Part shown: in pieces, positions 58,389 to 64,000 of the stretch
How the letters are laid out: each line of letters begins with the position of its first letter
Position numbering within the stretch: position 1 is the stretch's first letter
NCBI GenBank assembly: GCA_026397315.1
Contig: JAPLVC010000003.1
Span: 1 to 64,000 of the forward strand
From: Candidatus Aenigmatarchaeota archaeon
GTDB lineage: Archaea; Aenigmatarchaeota; Aenigmatarchaeia; QMZP01; QMZT01
Reading direction: 5' to 3'
Length of the DNA: 64,000 nt
Made by a program: the position numbers and the translations under genes
The notes under the pieces: generated by a model
What the model was told of the DNA's origin: nothing
The model's input: only the letters and a program-made list of their open reading frames with translations
Databases searched by the model: none

Positions 58389-58562
58389 ATGGTAGGTTCA
58401 AGACATCTTAATAAAAATGAGCGAATAATTCTCGCACTATTATACAAAGAAAGAAGACCTATGAGCATCAGAGAAATATCAAAAAGAACGGGCATAAGCT
58501 GGATAACTGTAAAAAAATATCTTAAAACACTTCAAAGCAAAGGTGTGTTGGTGGGTGGATGA
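58389..58562 (+). CDS. small winged HTH protein
   Basis: Manual translation LNKNERIILALLYKERRPMSIREISKRTGISWITVKKYLKTL. Confidence 0.85.
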   Translation: MVGSRHLNKNERIILALLYKERRPMSIREISKRTGISWITVKKYLKTLQSKGVLVGG

Positions 58563-58681
58563 AAAGAAAAAGGCTTCCGAGAAACAAATGGGAAGTTAAC
58601 TTTGATAATGTAGGAAGGTTAATTGACACAAGACTTAGGGAACTCGAAAGACAGAGAAAGAAGAAATTCAAATTCATATAG
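58559..58681 (+). CDS. small basic protein
   Basis: 40-aa ORF with ATGA overlap. Confidence 0.45.
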   Translation: MKRKRLPRNKWEVNFDNVGRLIDTRLRELERQRKKKFKFI

Positions 58682-58692
58682 AAGAGATATTT

Positions 58693-59559
58693 ATGGAAAA
58701 CAAAAAACTAAACATATCGTATTTGAAAACTTGTAATTGTTCGCCTAATCATATCAACTGTTTAACTGCTAAAGAATGGGTCAAGGGTCAGGTTGGCATC
58801 TGGGAATTCTTTTATGAAAAAAGAGACGTAAGAGACAAGAGCATCCATCCTGCTGTTTATCCGATTGCTTTGGCATCTCAATGCATCAAACTCTTCACAC
58901 ATAAAGGCGAATTGGTTCTGGATCCGTTTGCTGGCATAGGAACAACACTAATAGCCGCAAGTGATTTAGAAAGAAATGCGGTAGGTTTCGATTTGAAAAA
59001 GGAATATATCGAATTTACAAAGAAGAGATTATCTCAAAAGAAGTTGGAAGAAAAAACAAAACAGATACCGATACTTGACGATGCAATAAACATCCCAAAA
59101 TATTTGAATGAGGAAACAGTGTCTCTTTGTGTAACATCGCCACCATATGCTCACATGCTTGGCAAGCCTCGCCTTAACAAAAGCATGAGGGGCGACATCA
59201 GGAGCAATAATCATTTCAAGGAAGTTCAGCAATATTCCGATAATCCGAGAGATCTCGGAACCATGACACATGATAAATATGCAGAAGCCTTAACAGAAAT
59301 CTACAAAGGAATTTTACCATTAATGAAGCCAAGAGCTCACAGTGTAATTAATGTAAATGATGTGTGGTGGGAAAACAAGCGCATACCAACACATCTCTAT
59401 GTCGTTGAAGCTCTTCAAAAAGCAGGTTTTGAACTCAGAAATATTTTAATCTGGGATAAGAGAAACCTCGTAAATAAAGTTGGTATCTTCGGATGGCCAA
59501 GTAATTACATCAAACTTGGAGCTACTTTTGAATACATTCTGGACTTTTGGAAACCTTGA
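58693..59559 (+). CDS. DNA amino-methyltransferase (N4-C/N6-A)
   Basis: HPA.YP, DPFAGIGT (motif I), TSPPY (motif IV). Confidence 0.92.
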   Translation: MENKKLNISYLKTCNCSPNHINCLTAKEWVKGQVGIWEFFYEKRDVRDKSIHPAVYPIALASQCIKLFTHKGELVLDPFAGIGTTLIAASDLERNAVGFDLKKEYIEFTKKRLSQKKLEEKTKQIPILDDAINIPKYLNEETVSLCVTSPPYAHMLGKPRLNKSMRGDIRSNNHFKEVQQYSDNPRDLGTMTHDKYAEALTEIYKGILPLMKPRAHSVINVNDVWWENKRIPTHLYVVEALQKAGFELRNILIWDKRNLVNKVGIFGWPSNYIKLGATFEYILDFWKP

Positions 59560-60505
59560 AGTTATTCCCTTCTCTATCGCATCTATTACAAATTTTATTA
59601 TATGTTTTTTCACATTTAAAAGTAGATTTCCTTGTTTCTATTTTTATTTCTCTACCGTCTGGTTTTTTACCTTTAAACTGTTTCAAACATAAATATTCTT
59701 TCGGTAATGTGTATCGATATTCTATAATAAAATATTCATAAATTTTATTTAACAGTTCTGGAGATATTTTAAGTTGGTCACAAATGAACTTCAATTTATC
59801 TTCGTGGTCTTTGGCATCAAATGTAGATGATCCTTGCTGCTTCACCGATAAGTCAATATAAAATGGGACTATGCCTTTTTTTAAGATGTTAATAATAATG
59901 TCAAGTTCAATTTCAAAACCATTTGCACTCAATTCTAAATCTTTTACAATTGAATGATGCATTCCCCAACAACCACACTGACCATCTGGAATTGATTTGT
60001 TGAATATAGACTCAACTATGTTTAATTCAAATCTTTCAATCTGATCTCTTGGTTCACCCATTCCGAATTTACCTTGTCGACAAGAAAGGCAAACTTTTTC
60101 TCCACTTATAAGAGAATCTAACACTTTGAAAATATTATTGAATGATATGTCATTATCGCCATCAATACATATCACAAAATCATGCACTTTCTCTATGTTT
60201 CCATAAACTTCTTTATGCATCTCTTTTAAATAATATCTTATAATATCCCCCTTTTTGTGTGTTCCAACAAACAAATCTTCTTCGCCAGTATCTGCATTGA
60301 CAATAATTGGTCTACCTCTCAAAATTGGTATATGATGTGGATTAACATCTCTTTTGGCAAACTCGTTTTTGTGTTCTCTAAACCAATTTAAGAAATTATT
60401 GCAAAGTGTCATTTCATCATCTATTTTGCCCTTAAACATAGGTGTGAGCAAAAGTAGATTTTTTACAATAACCATAGAAAATCGCATTTTATTATTTGAA
60501 TGCAA
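59522..60505 (-). CDS. glycosyltransferase family 2-like protein
   Basis: KG, IDGD, DGQCG, FEIE.D motifs. Confidence 0.7.
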   Translation of the reverse strand: MHSNNKMRFSMVIVKNLLLLTPMFKGKIDDEMTLCNNFLNWFREHKNEFAKRDVNPHHIPILRGRPIIVNADTGEEDLFVGTHKKGDIIRYYLKEMHKEVYGNIEKVHDFVICIDGDNDISFNNIFKVLDSLISGEKVCLSCRQGKFGMGEPRDQIERFELNIVESIFNKSIPDGQCGCWGMHHSIVKDLELSANGFEIELDIIINILKKGIVPFYIDLSVKQQGSSTFDAKDHEDKLKFICDQLKISPELLNKIYEYFIIEYRYTLPKEYLCLKQFKGKKPDGREIKIETRKSTFKCEKTYNKICNRCDREGNNFKVSKSPECIQK

Positions 60506-60749
60506 ATGAAAATATTTTGTCTACATCCTTATGAAGTCCCTGAATTCCAATTCCCATTCCAAATTCAATCATTTTTTCTTGAGAGGGATTATTTTCTCTC
60601 GTTTCTTGAGCTATTCTTGGATTATGATAAAATTTAACCGTAATATTAAACTCTTTTTCTATATCTTTTATATGTAATCCAATAAGATGTGAATTACGAC
60701 AAATAGGCAAAACAGTGTCCGTCTGTAAATTTTCTAAATCTATCATCAA
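60492..60749 (-). CDS. small protein resembling RCK_C/TrkA-C domain
   Basis: S.LIG..IKD...F.I.V, NP....I..G..I.I.G...V. Confidence 0.5.
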   Translation of the reverse strand: MMIDLENLQTDTVLPICRNSHLIGLHIKDIEKEFNITVKFYHNPRIAQETRENNPSQEKMIEFGMGIGIQGLHKDVDKIFSFAFK

Positions 60750-60869
60750 ATCCCCATTTTCATAAATGGGTTATATATTTAAATAATAAAACCCTATTTT
60801 TGACACTTATATATAAACTTTACTGTTTTTTGGAATATATACGTTTCTGTTTACTGATAAGTAATTAAT

Positions 60870-61625
60870 TCATATAATATTCTTTCTTTTTTGGAAACAC
60901 ATATCGAGTTTGTTAATTTGAACTCTAAATCCAGTCCCATGATCATGTGATCTCCCATTTGGATATTGCCCTATCCGTATGTCAACGAGAATATCTCCGC
61001 TTTTCAATAGATTAATGAAATTATCGAAACTAAACTCACTAAGCAGCCAAGCTTCATTGAACCAGAATTCTTCATTTTTCCCGCTTCCTCTGCATTCTGC
61101 CTTAACGAATAACAACTGAGGGAACTTCTTCTCGAAACACTCCCTTAAAATTCTTCTATTCCAATACCCCAAAACTTCTTTCTTCTCTTCAGGTTTGTCA
61201 GTTAGATATTTCATTATATCCATTGGTGCAGGACCGCCAGACACAAGTTCTACCTTATCTTCGCTTACCTCAACTATGAATCCTTGTTTCCCTCTGAGAG
61301 TATTGAATTTTAATGTGCTTACCGTGGTATGCAGGTCTGGTTTTTCATTCCCTCTGGCTTGATACCCGAATCTTTTGAGAAGAACAGAATTGGCACCATC
61401 CGGCAAAGGCGATTTTGTGAATAGTGTCAGCATGCTTTTAGCGGTTTTCCTTGTAGACTTCAATTCAGCACCCTTCATATCGGGAGTTGGAATGTTATTT
61501 TCTGGTATCCCAGTGAGGTCTTCAAGCGTTTTCCCTATCCCAGTTGGACCAGCTCTATGAGTTTTAACCCATTTCCTTTCGTTTAGAAGTTTCAACTGTT
61601 CTACGACTTCCTCATATGTAAGCAT
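60870..61625 (-). CDS. MvaI/BcnI family restriction endonuclease
   Basis: TGIGKTLEDL.GI.ENN...PD..G.ELKS.R, TLFT, HDHGTGFR. Confidence 0.92.
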   Translation of the reverse strand: MLTYEEVVEQLKLLNERKWVKTHRAGPTGIGKTLEDLTGIPENNIPTPDMKGAELKSTRKTAKSMLTLFTKSPLPDGANSVLLKRFGYQARGNEKPDLHTTVSTLKFNTLRGKQGFIVEVSEDKVELVSGGPAPMDIMKYLTDKPEEKKEVLGYWNRRILRECFEKKFPQLLFVKAECRGSGKNEEFWFNEAWLLSEFSFDNFINLLKSGDILVDIRIGQYPNGRSHDHGTGFRVQINKLDMCFQKRKNII

Positions 61626-61653
61626 ATTTATAATTGGTCGAGACATTAAAAAT

Positions 61654-61953
61654 ATGGCAAAACAGGTAAAGATTATCAAATGTCCATTTTGTAACGATGG
61701 TGACGTTGAGATTACGATGTTTACATCGGTTTTAAACAAAAGAACTGGACCATATGGCGGCAATAAGCCCAAATTTGAACGTTCAGCCGAGCAGATGTAT
61801 GTCAATACCATAAAGTGTCCAAAATGCGGGAGATCTGGCAAAGACATACAAAGAGTAATGAAAACCGGAAAAACAAAGCAATTATCTCACGAAGAACGCA
61901 TAGAAATGCTAAAAAAACGAGGCTTACCGCTTGTTCTCGATTCAAAAAACTGA
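61654..61953 (+). CDS. zinc-ribbon protein
   Basis: CPFC and CPKC. Confidence 0.7.
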   Translation: MAKQVKIIKCPFCNDGDVEITMFTSVLNKRTGPYGGNKPKFERSAEQMYVNTIKCPKCGRSGKDIQRVMKTGKTKQLSHEERIEMLKKRGLPLVLDSKN

Positions 61954-61965
61954 ATTTATTTTTAC

Positions 61966-62181
61966 TTACGCTTTCATAATTTTCTTCGCTTTGAGTTTGC
62001 CGTCTTTCGGTAAAATGACAATGATATTCTTCCCGATATGCCTTTTGTGGACGGACACGTAGCCCGTATTGCCGAGACGTTTTACTTTCTTGACAAACAC
62101 TTTCTCTACATCATCGACATGAACAGATATCGGAAGTTCGGCTTCGTCTTTCATTGTCGCTTCAACCCTAACAAATCCCAA
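61966..62181 (-). CDS. DUF2080-like AbrB-fold protein
   Basis: K.VK..GN.G.V.V.K..IGK....I. Confidence 0.75.
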   Translation of the reverse strand: MGFVRVEATMKDEAELPISVHVDDVEKVFVKKVKRLGNTGYVSVHKRHIGKNIIVILPKDGKLKAKKIMKA

Positions 62182-62630
62182 CGGTTTAAATATTTTCCTT
62201 CTTTATCTCTGAACATTCTTATCGAAGTTTTATTATGTTTTTTACCGGTCTTCCCTGGTTTGTTCTTCCATTCAGCATGTTCAGTTTTTGTATATTTTGA
62301 GACATTCTTACACGGAACTACGAAGAATTCTGGCAATCTTCCTCTTTTCGCTTCATCTAAATTCACAAAGACATAGAAAAGGTTATCGGATTTAACTACT
62401 TCATCATTTTCAGAAAGTATCCACGCTCTCGGTGAATTCTTACCCAATGTTGCTTTAACCTGTATGGCTATTGGCTTTTTACCACCACTGTCTGAAACGA
62501 GGATGTCTATCCCCTTGGTGTTTCTTGAAGTAATCGTAGCGATATATCCCCGTCTCGTCAACTCACCGGCAACAAAATGGGTTCCAGAAATTCCGATTAG
62601 AGCTTTCGGAATCGATTTTGCATTATTCAT
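62151..62630 (-). CDS. PD-(D/E)xK nuclease-fold protein
   Basis: G..FVA.EL.RRG, DIL, IQVK, FYVFV. Confidence 0.75.
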   Translation of the reverse strand: MNNAKSIPKALIGISGTHFVAGELTRRGYIATITSRNTKGIDILVSDSGGKKPIAIQVKATLGKNSPRAWILSENDEVVKSDNLFYVFVNLDEAKRGRLPEFFVVPCKNVSKYTKTEHAEWKNKPGKTGKKHNKTSIRMFRDKEGKYLNRWDLLGLKRQ

Positions 62631-62815
62631 TATCCACCTCTTTTCCTTAAAACAACCTTTCCGTTTTCCATTATAAACACCAGTTCGTCGCCCTTCTTCC
62701 AATCAAGCGTTTTAATGATTGAAGTCGGTATGGTGACAAAATGCTTGACATATTCCTTGCTTCTTTTTTTATCTGCCAAAAGGTTGGTGCTTTTGAATGC
62801 TTGAATTCGCGGCAT
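62630..62815 (-). CDS. AbrB/MazE-like DNA-binding protein
   Basis: VTIP..II..L.WKKGDEL.F. Confidence 0.8.
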   Translation of the reverse strand: MPRIQAFKSTNLLADKKRSKEYVKHFVTIPTSIIKTLDWKKGDELVFIMENGKVVLRKRGG

Positions 62816-62931
62816 ATTTGAAATTCAGAAGCTGGGTATAAATTGTTATGTTTAAACATTTTTTGGTGATATTTTTGCCATATATCGGTTTACAAAATTA
62901 TTGGTAACTTTTGTCATTTCCAACTACTGTC

Positions 62932-62999
62932 AGGCTTTGCACATTAAGTCCTTGATTTAAGCGACTATTTGTGCAGGAGCTACTATTTGTGCAAAGCCT
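62932..62999. repeat. 12-bp perfect inverted repeat with internal 12-bp direct repeat
   Basis: AGGCTTTGCACA (62932) / TGTGCAAAGCCT (62988); ACTATTTGTGCA twice. Confidence 0.7.
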
Positions 63000-63019
63000 A
63001 CGCATCACGCACGCATCAG

Positions 63020-63610
63020 TCAGCCAGCATTCAGAACGTGTAACGTTATCGGCACGTTGGAGCCGAAATTAGTCGTGTTTTCCAGGCAGTCGCCGAACTT
63101 CATGTCCCTGCACGCGACCGCGTTATACATGTATGTCCCGGCAGGCGTGCCGTCGGGGATGCGTATTTTTATCGAATAAAGGTCCACGTATCCGTAGCTC
63201 ACGAGCGTCGAGTTATCCGGTTGTTCCATCATCACCCGCATGCGAGTGAGGAGCGGCTCGCACGTCGTGAAATGCAGGCACTGGTAAGCCGCCATCACGT
63301 CGAAATCCGCGGCTGAAGGGAATACCTTGGCGACGAACATGTGCGCCTCTTCATCGTCCGCGAAGTTGTTGAAGACGACGTCAAATCCCACCGTGTCATT
63401 CGCCTTCAGCCAGAACACGCCGTCGCCGTTTATCTTGAATGTGAAGTCATTCGACACGGATATCTGCGAGCCGTTGGTGGAATTATCCAGCGTTTTGTTG
63501 TAGTATTCGTATTCCGTGGTCTCGTTTACGTCCTTGACGCCTCTGCCGACACATCCGCTTGCCGCGACGAGCGCGACCAGCGCGAAAGCGATAACAAACG
63601 AAACTCTCAT
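63020..63610 (-). CDS. lipoprotein with Ig-like domain
   Basis: ASGC lipobox; IRIP.GTP.GTY. Confidence 0.75.
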   Translation of the reverse strand: MRVSFVIAFALVALVAASGCVGRGVKDVNETTEYEYYNKTLDNSTNGSQISVSNDFTFKINGDGVFWLKANDTVGFDVVFNNFADDEEAHMFVAKVFPSAADFDVMAAYQCLHFTTCEPLLTRMRVMMEQPDNSTLVSYGYVDLYSIKIRIPDGTPAGTYMYNAVACRDMKFGDCLENTTNFGSNVPITLHVLNAG

Positions 63611-63668
63611 AATAACCAATTCCCCGAGCCCTAATAAATGATTAAAAGCTTGCAACGAAGATTTTAGC

Positions 63669-64000
63669 ATGAAGGCGCTCAAAACCTTCTACAGGGCAGT
63701 CCTGCCGTTTGATTATTCCGCGTTTAAGCCGGAGGAGCTTAACGAACATATGATAAACGTAATGGCAGGCGATCTTCACAAGAACCACGGCTATGACGTT
63801 TCCGTCAAAGGGAACATGATGAAGATAACGGTTCCAGACGGGGAAGATGGGATTTCAAAGATGCCGGGTTATATGCTGGAAGGCCTGAAGAAAGCCGGCC
63901 TGTGCATGGAGGAAGTTTTTGTTCTGGATGATCTGACAAAAGTGGAGCTTTTCGGCATCGAGATGAGGGCCAACCGCCGAGGAAAAACCATATTTCCCAT
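63669..64000 (+). CDS. hypothetical protein, truncated by window end
   Basis: open frame MKALKTFYRAVLPFDY... running off the end. Confidence 0.55.
   Translation, partial: MKALKTFYRAVLPFDYSAFKPEELNEHMINVMAGDLHKNHGYDVSVKGNMMKITVPDGEDGISKMPGYMLEGLKKAGLCMEEVFVLDDLTKVELFGIEMRANRRGKTIFP

Larger units (their letters stand above)
56051..63020. mobile_element. AT-rich genomic island bounded by 10-bp direct repeat ACGCATCAGT
   Basis: repeat at 56051-56060 and 63011-63020; lower GC; transposase, RM and small regulator genes inside. Confidence 0.6.

Overview
Archaeal genomic DNA: TATA-box promoters, Cdc6/Orc1, uL16/L10e, L7Ae, S28e, L24e, EF-1beta, Bud32, Cdc48 and BHB-intron tRNAs. Gene content (MC1, pilin-like cluster, non-oxidative pentose phosphate genes, RHH-nucleotidyltransferase fusion) suggests a DPANN lineage such as Aenigmarchaeota, which is an inference. 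The GC-richer backbone carries translation genes, a thiM-thiE-thiC-thiL operon, an aspS / asnC-asnA-asnS cluster, a partial group 4 [NiFe]-hydrogenase module and a tRNA cluster. There are two accessory regions. The first (1-8.9 kb) has an IS5 end, toxin-antitoxin pairs, a tandem duplication and a MazG+DUF2075 pair. The second is an AT-rich ~7 kb island (56051-63020) bounded by a 10-bp direct repeat, carrying a large DDE transposase behind a tRNA-Gly-like leader, an MvaI/BcnI-type restriction-modification pair and a glycosyltransferase. The strongest novel signal is a single tRNA-Leu gene (48587-48743) with two tandem 7-nt anticodon mini-exons (TAG and CAG). Each is bracketed by its own bulge-helix-bulge pair, suggesting mutually exclusive splicing that yields two isoacceptors from one gene. 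Other candidates are a shared palindromic operator (ATGTTTAAACAT) ahead of four accessory genes and an unassigned structured RNA next to cdc6. All calls come from reading the sequence; no searches were run.
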